DNA of 32,000 nt, from positions 300,001 through 332,000 of the forward strand of contig NC_012803.1 of NCBI RefSeq assembly GCF_000023205.1, read 5' to 3'. This document shows positions 21,253-28,457 of this stretch, one piece after another. A program made the translations under genes and the position numbers. The notes under the pieces are model-generated. The model made no database searches and was not told the DNA's origin. It saw only the letters and a program-made list of their open reading frames with translations. Source of the DNA: Micrococcus luteus NCTC 2665. GTDB lineage: Bacteria; Actinomycetota; Actinomycetes; Actinomycetales; Micrococcaceae. Position 1 is the first letter of the stretch; each line of letters opens with the position of its first letter.

Positions 21253-22419
21253 ATGAGCGATTCGACGCGCAACTCCCCGCTGCACCCGGTCCACGAGGCC
21301 GCGGGCGCCACGTTCACGGACTTCGGCGGCTGGAACATGCCCCTGAAGTACGGCTCCGAGCTGGCCGAGCACAAGGCCGTCCGCACCTCCGCAGGCCTGT
21401 TCGACCTCTCCCACATGGGCGAGGTCCGGGTCACCGGCCCGGAGGCCGGGGCCATGCTGGACCACGCCCTCTCGAGCGTGCTCTCCACGTTGAAGCCCGG
21501 CCGCGCCAAGTACGCCCTGTGCCTGACGGACGCCGGCACCATCCTGGACGACACGATCGTCTACCGGATGGACGACGGCGAGGCCGGCTCCGAGCCCGAC
21601 TACCTGGTGGTGCCCAACGCTGGCAACATCGCCGCGGTCCACACCGCCCTGAACCAGCGGGCGTCGGGCTGGGATGCCGTCGTCGAGGACGAGTCCTCGA
21701 CCACCGCCCTCGTGGCCGTGCAGGGCCCGCAGGCCGAGAGGATCCTCGCCCGGGCCATGCCGGAGGCCGCGGCGCAGCTGGCCGAGCTGAAGTACTACGG
21801 CCACCTGACCCTGACCGTGCCCACGGACGCCGGCGACGTCACCGCCGTCGTCGCCCGCACCGGCTACACCGGTGAGGACGGCTTCGAGCTGTTCCTGCCC
21901 GCCGCCTCCACCGCCGAGGCCGGCGACCGCGGCTCCGCCGTGTGGAACACGATGCTCTCGGCCGCGGACGAGGCGGGCGTGGAGCTGACGCTGTGCGGGC
22001 TCGCCTCGCGGGACTCGCTGCGCCTCGAGGCGGGCATGCCGCTCTACGGCAACGAGCTGGACACCGGGCACCAGCCGCACGCCTCTGGCGTCGGCTTCGC
22101 GGTGCCCGCGAGCAAGGAGGCCGACTTCGTCGGCCGGTCCGCGCTGGTCGGCAGGGACGACGTCGAGGAGGTCGTCGTGGGGCTGCAGGGCGCGGGTCGG
22201 CGTGCCGGCCGGCACGGTTACGCCGTGCTGGACGAGTCCGGCGAGCGGGTGGGCGAGGTGACCTCGGGCGCCCCCAGCCCGACCCTCGGACACCCCATCG
22301 CCCTGGCCCGTGTCCGCCGCGACGTGGCCGCCGAGGGCACGTCCCTGCAGGTGGACCTGCGCGGCCGCGGCGAGCCGTTCACCGTGGTGGCCACGCCGTT
22401 CTACCGCCGGGAGCGCTGA
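21253..22419 (+). CDS. gcvT: aminomethyltransferase, glycine cleavage T protein
   Basis: SPLHPVHEAAGATFTDFGGWNMPLKYGS...AGLFDLSHMGEVRVTG...ARTGYTGEDGFELF...RDSLRLEAGMPLYGNEL are classic GcvT motifs. Confidence 0.93.
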   Translation: MSDSTRNSPLHPVHEAAGATFTDFGGWNMPLKYGSELAEHKAVRTSAGLFDLSHMGEVRVTGPEAGAMLDHALSSVLSTLKPGRAKYALCLTDAGTILDDTIVYRMDDGEAGSEPDYLVVPNAGNIAAVHTALNQRASGWDAVVEDESSTTALVAVQGPQAERILARAMPEAAAQLAELKYYGHLTLTVPTDAGDVTAVVARTGYTGEDGFELFLPAASTAEAGDRGSAVWNTMLSAADEAGVELTLCGLASRDSLRLEAGMPLYGNELDTGHQPHASGVGFAVPASKEADFVGRSALVGRDDVEEVVVGLQGAGRRAGRHGYAVLDESGERVGEVTSGAPSPTLGHPIALARVRRDVAAEGTSLQVDLRGRGEPFTVVATPFYRRER

Positions 22420-22536
22420 GCCCGACGCAGCCGTCCCTCGGCCCGCCGCTCGGCGGTCCCGGGGCCCTTCGCTAGACTCGGGCTCCGGGCCGTCGTCGCG
22501 GCCCCCCGTCCCGCCGTCCACCTGCAGGAAGTCCGC

Positions 22537-23370
22537 ATGACTCACGTCGCCGCCCGTGCCCGGGTCCCCCTGAAGGGGCTGCTGGTCTTCCTCGTCGTCG
22601 CCGCCGTCCTGCTCCTGCTGGGCATCGTCACCGTCCTCCGCGGCGTGGCCGCCGACGCCGCCCGCGTGGACATCGTCTCCGTGCTGGACGGCAACACCGT
22701 GGTGGTGAACCAAGGCGGCACCGAGCGGACCGTGGTCCTCGCCGGCGTCACGAGCGCGGGCCGCAACCCGGAGGGCCTCAAGGTCGGCCCCAACCTCTGC
22801 ATGGGGGAGGAGTCCTACTCCTGGCTGCGTGATCGGCTCCCGCAGGGGGCGACCGCGAGCATGACCACCTCGGACGAGGGTGCGCCCGAGGGGATGGAGA
22901 GCGCGGTCATCTCGATCGGCGGCAGCACCGTCAACGTGGCCATGGCGGAGGCCGGCATGGCCGCGCCCACGGAGGTCGCCGTCGGCAAGCGCCTGGCGGA
23001 GGAGATCGCCCAGGCCAATCAGGAGGCCGTGGGCCGCGGCGTGGGGCTCTACGACATCGAGGAGCCCTGCACGTACCAGAACCGGCTCTACGAGGCCCAG
23101 TTCGCCCTGGAGCAGATCCCGGAGGACGCGGAGGCGTCCCTGACGAAGATCGACGAGCGATCGGTGGAGTACGCGGCCGGCCTGGACCAGGTGCGCCTGG
23201 TGCAGCAGGAGGTCCGGGCCCTCGACCCGGAGAACGGCACGTTCGCCGACCTCGCCTACAGCCCGGCCAAGGACTCGCTCCTGGCCGAGGCGGACCCGGT
23301 GGTGGAGCACGGGATGCAGGTCCTGAAGGACCTCAATACCCGGCGCAACGAGATCGCGGCCCGCGGCTGA
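22537..23370 (+). CDS. membrane-anchored staphylococcal-nuclease (SNase/thermonuclease)-fold protein with substituted catalytic residues plus a ~100-aa helical C-terminal extension
   Basis: N-terminal TM segment (LLVFLVVAAVLLLLGIVTVL). Next come VSVLDGNTVVV...TVVLAGVTSAG...GEESYSWLRDRLPQG...VNVAMAEAGMA...GVGLYD, which follow the SNase pattern (DGDT ... RLxGIDxPE ... eA..fl ... vn..lv..GlA ... GlW). Confidence 0.65.
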   Translation: MTHVAARARVPLKGLLVFLVVAAVLLLLGIVTVLRGVAADAARVDIVSVLDGNTVVVNQGGTERTVVLAGVTSAGRNPEGLKVGPNLCMGEESYSWLRDRLPQGATASMTTSDEGAPEGMESAVISIGGSTVNVAMAEAGMAAPTEVAVGKRLAEEIAQANQEAVGRGVGLYDIEEPCTYQNRLYEAQFALEQIPEDAEASLTKIDERSVEYAAGLDQVRLVQQEVRALDPENGTFADLAYSPAKDSLLAEADPVVEHGMQVLKDLNTRRNEIAARG

Positions 23371-23381
23371 CCCCGCCGCGT

Positions 23382-24065
23382 TCAGTCCAGGGCGAGGGTG
23401 ACGAGCCCGAGCTGGGCCGCCCGGATGATCAGCTGGACGCGGTCGCGGACCTCCAGCTTGGCCATGATCCGCGTGAGGTTGGCCTTGACCGTGGACTCGG
23501 AGACGAAGAGGTTCGCGGCGATCTCCGGGTTCGACTGACCCCTGGCCAGCAGCCGCAGCACGCCCAGCTCCCGCTCGGTGAGGTCGGAGCCGTCGGGGCT
23601 GCCGGGCTGCACCGAGGTGGGGCCCACCGTCGGCCGGTCCCGCTCGATCGAGGCGAGCAGCTTGGCCGCCACGGCGGGGGAGAGCACGGACTCGCCGCGA
23701 TGGACGGCCTGAATGGCGCCCAGGATGGCCGGGGGCTCCGCGTCCTTGAGGAGGTAGCCGCCCGCTCCGGCGCGCAGGGCCGGCACGAGGTAGTCCTCGG
23801 ACGTGAACGTGGTGATCGCCAGGACCCGGATCGCGGGGTGGGTGTCCTTGATCCGGCGTGTGGCCTCCACCCCGTCCATCAGGGGCATCTGCATGTCCAT
23901 CAGTACCACGTCCGGCTCGATGGCGGCGCACGCCTCTACGGCTTCGACGCCGTTGGCGACCACACCCACGCAGGTCATGCCGGGGGCAGAGCCGACGAGC
24001 ACGCGGAGCGCGCCGCTCATGAGCGGCTGGTCGTCGGCGATCAGGATGCGCAGCTCTTCGGACAC
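23382..24065 (-). CDS. NarL/LuxR-family two-component response regulator
   Basis: Receiver domain (LRILIADDQPL, DVVLMDMQMPLMDG, VLAITTF) plus a LuxR HTH (LTERELGVLRLLARGQSNPEIAANLFVSESTVKANLTRIMAKL). GTG 24065 has no SD but is preceded by TACGCT + 7 nt, so it may be leaderless. Confidence 0.88.
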   Translation of the reverse strand: MSEELRILIADDQPLMSGALRVLVGSAPGMTCVGVVANGVEAVEACAAIEPDVVLMDMQMPLMDGVEATRRIKDTHPAIRVLAITTFTSEDYLVPALRAGAGGYLLKDAEPPAILGAIQAVHRGESVLSPAVAAKLLASIERDRPTVGPTSVQPGSPDGSDLTERELGVLRLLARGQSNPEIAANLFVSESTVKANLTRIMAKLEVRDRVQLIIRAAQLGLVTLALD

Positions 24066-24188
24066 GCAGGTCAGCGTAACCGGTGCTGTGGCGCATGCCA
24101 CCTTGTCGGCGTCGGGGCGAGGCCGGGGTGCCCGCTGGCCGTCATCTGCGCCATGCCGCGGTGCGGCCTGTGCGCGGCGTGCACCATT

Positions 24189-24204
24189 TGTGACGGCCGT
24201 CATA
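24189..24204. promoter_or_regulatory. near-perfect palindrome TGTGA-cggccg-TCATA (CRP-like, 1 mismatch) in the RR / peptide-HK divergent promoter
   Basis: Read directly from the sequence. The core GACGGCCGTC is a perfect 10-bp palindrome. It ends 12 nt before ATG 24217 and abuts the -10-like CATACT. Confidence 0.35.
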
Positions 24205-24216
24205 CATACTGGGGCC

Positions 24217-24390
24217 ATGAAGACTCCCGCTCTCCTCGCTTCCGCTCTCCTTCTCGCCTCCACCCTCGTCGGCGCTCCGGCCGCCGCCGCCTCGGCGGCC
24301 TCGGCCGAGGACGACGTCGTCACGACCCTGGGCCTCGGCAAGGGCGCTGCGGAGTGGACCTGCCGCCACTTCGGCATCTGGTGCGACTGA
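24217..24390 (+). CDS. small (57 aa) predicted secreted peptide precursor with a C-terminal C-x6-C loop; no family recognised
   Basis: Tail of track ORF 23803..24390. The sequence MKTPALLASALLLASTLVGAPAAAASAASA-EDDVVTTLGLGKGAAEWTCRHFGIWCD has a Sec-type n/h/c layout with AxA sites. About 88% GC at third positions, like real genes here. Its stop is 21 nt before the kinase start. Confidence 0.5.
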   Translation: MKTPALLASALLLASTLVGAPAAAASAASAEDDVVTTLGLGKGAAEWTCRHFGIWCD

Positions 24391-24411
24391 CCCCGGGGCG
24401 GTCCGCCCCCG

Positions 24412-25671
24412 ATGCCTGATTCGAGCCCATCGACCCCCTCCGTCCGGAGCGGCGCGCCCTCCCGGGCGCGCCGCTCTTCGGCGTGGCGTCAGGCGCGCAG
24501 CCTGCGGTGGCGCGCGTTCTGGGCCGCGGCGCCGCTGAGCCGCGTCTACCTCGCCTTCGGGTCCGCGTTCCTGCTCGCCTCGACCGCGTCCGACCTCGGC
24601 CTGTTCGGCACGGGCCTCGGCGCCATCCCGGTCCTGGACGGGATCGCCATCGCGTCGGCGACCAGCGCCTTCCTCGCCCAGTGGTGGCGCAGCACGGTGG
24701 GCTTCGCCCTGCTCCTGCCCGGGGCCGTCGCGACCGCCGCCGGCGGTTCCGAGGTGCTCTTCGCCGTCGTCGCGCCCGTGGTCCTCGGGGCCGTCGCGGC
24801 GACCGCCCGTTCCTGGGGGTTCGTCGTCACGGCCGCCATCCTGGCGCTGACCTGGGGCGTCGCCCAGCCGTTCGCGGTGGGTCAGGCGAACGCGACGTGG
24901 TTCATCCTGCTGCTCATGTCCATGGGCCTCGGCGGCGGGCTCTTCATCCGGGAGAGCCTGGCCCGGCGGGAACGGGACCGCCGCCGGGTGTTCGAAGCGG
25001 AGGAGCGGGCCCGGCTGGCCGCCGAGGCCGAGCGTCGCTCCCTGGCCCGCGACCTGCACGACGTGGTCGCGCACAACCTCACGATCATCTCGATGCAGGC
25101 CCGGACGGCACGCTACCTCGGCACCCCGGAGGCGGCTCAGGGCGTGCTGGACGTGGTGGGGGACTCCGCGAAGGACGCGCTGCGGGACCTGCGGCGCATG
25201 CTCTCCATCCTCCAGGAGGACGGGATCGTGGACCCGAGCGGTGAGCCGGGCGCCGCGGGGGGCGCGGACGGGGCGACGTCCGCGGATCCGGTGCTGTCCG
25301 TGGCCCGCCTGGCCGAGGAGCTGCGCAGCCTCGGAATGACGGTGGAGACGGACGTCCGCTGCGACCAGAACGCGATGCCGATCTCCGCGCGGTCCACCCT
25401 GCACCGGGTGCTCCAGGAGGCCACCACGAACGTCGCCAAGCACGCCGGCGAGGGCGCACGTGTGCGCATCGAACTCCGTGACGCGAGGTCGGACGTGGTG
25501 CTCGCGGTGGAGAACACCGTCACCGAGCGGTCCGGCCTGCCGCGGTGGAACTCCTCCGGTGTGGGCCTGAACTCCATGCGGGATCGCGTGGCCACCTTCG
25601 GCGGCACGATCGAGGCCGGGCCGGGGGGCTGGGGGTGGCGGGTGCGCGCGGTGCTCCCCCGGTCCGTCTGA
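24412..25671 (+). CDS. sensor histidine kinase, HisKA_3 (NarX/DesK/LiaS-like) with about 6 N-terminal TM segments
   Basis: H-box SLARDLHDVVAHNLTIISMQA, N-box LQEATTNVAKHA, G-box GVGLNSMRDRVATFGGTIE. The N-terminal 190 aa is almost entirely hydrophobic helices with very short loops. Confidence 0.88.
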   Translation: MPDSSPSTPSVRSGAPSRARRSSAWRQARSLRWRAFWAAAPLSRVYLAFGSAFLLASTASDLGLFGTGLGAIPVLDGIAIASATSAFLAQWWRSTVGFALLLPGAVATAAGGSEVLFAVVAPVVLGAVAATARSWGFVVTAAILALTWGVAQPFAVGQANATWFILLLMSMGLGGGLFIRESLARRERDRRRVFEAEERARLAAEAERRSLARDLHDVVAHNLTIISMQARTARYLGTPEAAQGVLDVVGDSAKDALRDLRRMLSILQEDGIVDPSGEPGAAGGADGATSADPVLSVARLAEELRSLGMTVETDVRCDQNAMPISARSTLHRVLQEATTNVAKHAGEGARVRIELRDARSDVVLAVENTVTERSGLPRWNSSGVGLNSMRDRVATFGGTIEAGPGGWGWRVRAVLPRSV

Positions 25672-25708
25672 CTGAGGCCGGCGCCGTCGCAGCCGCGGCC
25701 CACCCTCA

Positions 25709-25724
25709 TGTGACATGCCTCACA
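25709..25724. promoter_or_regulatory. perfect CRP/GlxR-type site TGTGA-catgcc-TCACA (extended ATGTGA-N6-TCACAT)
   Basis: Read directly from the sequence. It lies 38 nt after the kinase stop, in a gap with no credible ORF. Confidence 0.5.
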
Positions 25725-25876
25725 TCAGGGCCCGAAAGTCTGCACCTTCCGCCACTGTCGGGGGCGCCGTCGTCCCTCCTAGAGTGGGTCATGCCCCATT
25801 GAGACGGTGCACAGTGCGAATCACGAGCCGGGATACATGCCTGAGGGGATGCGGGCCTCGGACGTGGTTCCGAGAG

Positions 25877-25911
25877 GGACGATGGCCATCCGGCCATCGT
25901 CCTTTCTCGTT
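25877..25911 (+). terminator. intrinsic terminator: perfect 11-bp stem GGACGATGGCC-atcc-GGCCATCGTCC followed by TTTCTCGTT
   Basis: Read directly from the sequence. The U-tract is only on the plus strand. The hairpin also lies 12-46 nt past the stop of the minus-strand gene ending at 25923, so it may act in both directions. Confidence 0.6.
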
Positions 25912-25922
25912 GTCGGGCGTGC

Positions 25923-26408
25923 TCAGGCGGGCTCGGTGCGCGACGGCTCCGGGGTGACCGTGCGGACGAGGGGACGGGCTGCCGTCCGGCCCAGTGCCAT
26001 GAGCACGGCGGCCGGGAATCCGATCACCGGGATGAGCATCGGCAGGATGCCCGCCGCGCCCTGCGTGAGCACCACCAGGCCGTAGAGCATGCCGATCAGC
26101 GCGTACGCCAGCACGTGGACCCACTGGTTGAGCACGTGCCGGAACGCCCAGTTCACGAGCAGGCACAGCGGCAGCCCCACCACCAGCCCGGCGACCCCGA
26201 CCACCGTCAGCAGCGGTGTCAGGCTGCCGAAGGCCTGCAGGTCCGGGACCACGGCCAGGACCGCCACCACGGCGGCCATCACGAGGTTGGGCAGCAGCCA
26301 GGCCACGAGGAACCCGTTCAATCCCATGCGCAGCTGCGGGCGGGGGCCGGAACGGGCCGCGCGGCGGCGGGCACGGGCGGCGGACGCGACCGGGGCGGGG
26401 GTGGTCAT
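25923..26408 (-). CDS. hypothetical integral membrane protein (about 4 TM)
   Basis: ATG 26408 is preceded by GGAGAG. After a basic N-terminus ([14 protein letters not shown]) come four hydrophobic helices (FLVAWLLPNLVMAAVVAVLAVV, LLTVVGVAGLVVGLPLCLLV, VHVLAYALIGMLYGLVVL, ILPMLIPVIGFPAAVLMAL). No family recognised. Confidence 0.6.
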   Translation of the reverse strand: MTTPAPVASAARARRRAARSGPRPQLRMGLNGFLVAWLLPNLVMAAVVAVLAVVPDLQAFGSLTPLLTVVGVAGLVVGLPLCLLVNWAFRHVLNQWVHVLAYALIGMLYGLVVLTQGAAGILPMLIPVIGFPAAVLMALGRTAARPLVRTVTPEPSRTEPA

Positions 26409-26499
26409 GGCGGGAACTCTCCGGGAGGGGGATCGACGACGTCGGGCGGGTCCCCACTGTAGTGGGCCGGGCTGGACGGGCCCCGGGAGGGCCCCCGGG

Positions 26500-27555
26500 T
26501 CAGGCCCGCCGGTCGCCGTCCACATGGAAGGCCAGGTCCTCGACGCCGGGGAAGGACTCGATCTCCTGGAACGCGTCCCAGGCGTCGCTGTCCGCCTCGG
26601 CGTCCGCGGGCAGGGTCACCGTCAGGGCGCCGATCTCCCCGTCGATCACCTGCAGGCGCAGCTCGAGCTCGTGTCCTCCGGCGGATCCGGAGGCGAAGCG
26701 GCCGCGGACGGGCCAGACGCAGTCGTTCGGCACCGCGCGCCGGACGTCGTCGTCGGTCTGGACGACGAGCGGCACCCAGTCCGGGACCTCGCCGGCTTCA
26801 CGGATGGCCTCGGCCACCGAGGCGACGGTGCGCGCGTGCGGCAGCTGGGAGCGCAGCGCCTCAGCCCCGGGCAGGTCCCGGCCCTCGGACAGCGCCGGGT
26901 CGAGCAGGGTCTCGAGCAGCACGCGCACCTCGACCGGCAGCTCGGCGGTGGCCTCCGACTCGACCTGGTCGACCGTGTCCTCGTCCAGGCCGGCGGGTCC
27001 GGTGACGGCGAGTTCGACGGCGTCGCGGCGGGTCCGGCGGGCGTCCTCGTTGGCCAGCAGCATCGCCAGTGAGGCCGCTGCGGCCAGCGCGACGCGCGGG
27101 GCGGGGACGCCGACCCGCTGGAGCCCGCGCACCACGGCGCCGTCGATCCGGTCGTTCAGGCCGGCGGTGCGCAGCGCGACCGCCGCGGCCGCGCCGCCGA
27201 CGGCCAGTCCGCCGAGCCCGCGCAGGGCGCGCGCGGCGGGGGAGGGGACCACCTCACCGTCGGCGATCGCCGCGGTGTGGAGGGCGCTGGCGGTCTCGGC
27301 CGCGAGGAACGTGCCGCTGACGGCGGCCTCGAGCTCTGCGAGGGCCCGACGCTCGCGCCCCCGGCGGGCGTGTGGATCCAGCAGGGTGAGCCCGCCGACC
27401 GCGGCCGCCGCCGCCAGCCCGTAGAGCCGGCCGCCCGGGGCGAGGGCGCGCTGGCGCAACGCGGGGAAGACGGCCTCGACGCCGTCGACGGGAACGTACG
27501 ACGCCGAGTGGTGGACCTCGCCGGAGGCGGGACGGGCGGGGGAGGGGAGCTTCAT
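26500..27555 (-). CDS. hypothetical protein (Ala-rich, partly hydrophobic N-half; acidic C-terminal domain)
   Basis: ORF 26500..27573 has coding-like third-position GC. The start is ambiguous between ATG 27555 and GTG 27573. No motif I recognise. Confidence 0.55.
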   Translation of the reverse strand: MKLPSPARPASGEVHHSASYVPVDGVEAVFPALRQRALAPGGRLYGLAAAAAVGGLTLLDPHARRGRERRALAELEAAVSGTFLAAETASALHTAAIADGEVVPSPAARALRGLGGLAVGGAAAAVALRTAGLNDRIDGAVVRGLQRVGVPAPRVALAAAASLAMLLANEDARRTRRDAVELAVTGPAGLDEDTVDQVESEATAELPVEVRVLLETLLDPALSEGRDLPGAEALRSQLPHARTVASVAEAIREAGEVPDWVPLVVQTDDDVRRAVPNDCVWPVRGRFASGSAGGHELELRLQVIDGEIGALTVTLPADAEADSDAWDAFQEIESFPGVEDLAFHVDGDRRA

Positions 27556-27611
27556 GTCCCCAGTGTGGCGCACCGCCCGGCTCAGGACGAGTCAGCGGCC
27601 CCCGCGCGCGC

Positions 27612-28457
27612 TCATGCGGAGCGCAGGCCGCCCTGCCACAGGGCGGCGAACGGCGTGCGGCCCTCCACCGCCTGCGCGATGCCGGCCCGCACGAACTCCT
27701 TGGCACGGCGCGCGGCCTCGAGCGCGGTGGCGCCCTTGGCCAGCTCGGCGGTGACGGCGGCGGCGAGCGAGCAGCCCGCACCGGAGACGCCGGACTGGCC
27801 GATCTTCGGGGCGGAGAGCACCTCCACGGTGTCCCCGTCCACGAACACGTCCACGGCGTCCGGGCCGGGCAGGTGCATCCCGCCCTTGGCCAGGACGGCC
27901 GCGCCGGAGATCTCGTGGATGCGCCGAGCGGCCGCCGTCAGGTCCTCGACCGAGCGCACGGTCATGCCGGAGAGCTGCTCCGTCTCGAAGTGGTTCGGGG
28001 TGGTGAACGTGGCCAGCGGCAGCAGCTCGGCCTTGAGCGCCTGGTCCGTGTCCAGGGCGTGGCCCGGCTCCTGGCCCTTGCAGATGAGCACGGGGTCCAG
28101 GACCACGTGGTCCCACGCGGCGCGGCGCAGGGCCGCGGCCGAGGTGCGGATGACCTCCGGGGAGCCCTGCATGCCCAGCTTCACGGCGCGCAGCCGCTCC
28201 GGGTAGTCGCCCTGGATGGCGTCGAGCTGCTGCTGGAGGATCTCGGTGGGCACGGGGAAGAAGCGGTGGTTCCAGTCGTCCTCCGGGTCGAAGGAGACGA
28301 TGCAGGTCAGCGCCACGATGCCGAAGACGCCCAGTTCCTGGAACGTCTTGAGGTCGGCCTGGGCGCCGGCGCCGCCGGTGGCCTCGGACCCGGCGATGGT
28401 CAGGGCGAGCGCCGGGGCGGAGGCGGAGTGCTGGGGGGAGTGCGCGGTCTGGGGCAT
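27612..28457 (-). CDS. pdxK: pyridoxal/pyridoxine/pyridoxamine kinase of the ThiD (HMP-P kinase) family
   Basis: [29 protein letters not shown]...[15 protein letters not shown]...[10 protein letters not shown]...[13 protein letters not shown]...[17 protein letters not shown] parallels Bacillus PdxK ([24 protein letters not shown]...MDPNNSWNHQVFPI). ATG 28457 was chosen; the track ORF extends to 28514. Confidence 0.8.
   Translation of the reverse strand: [281 protein letters not shown]

Noticed and set aside
18232-24096. A 1954-aa open reading frame on the minus strand spanning gcvP, gcvT, the SNase-like gene and part of the response regulator region.
   Set aside because: Its product is Arg/Gly/His/Asp-rich with no recognisable domain. 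It is antisense to three genes with unmistakable homology (gcvP, gcvT, and the regulator in another frame). Long stop-free antisense frames are an expected by-product of extreme third-position GC bias.
24066-24377. Extension of the response-regulator ORF upstream to ATG 24377 (track ORF 23382..24377, 331 aa).
   Set aside because: The extra 104 aa are Ala/Arg/Pro-rich with no receiver-domain homology. The receiver domain begins right at GTG 24065 (VSEELRILIADDQ), and the extension is antisense to the better-supported small peptide ORF.
25779-25880. Fragments reminiscent of the guanidine-I (ykkC) riboswitch: CUAGAGUGGGUC and GGUUCCGAGAGGGAC.
   Set aside because: The spacing and order do not fit. 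The two boxes are about 75 nt apart, the ACACGG / CCCGGGAGA elements are absent, and there is no downstream plus-strand gene to regulate.
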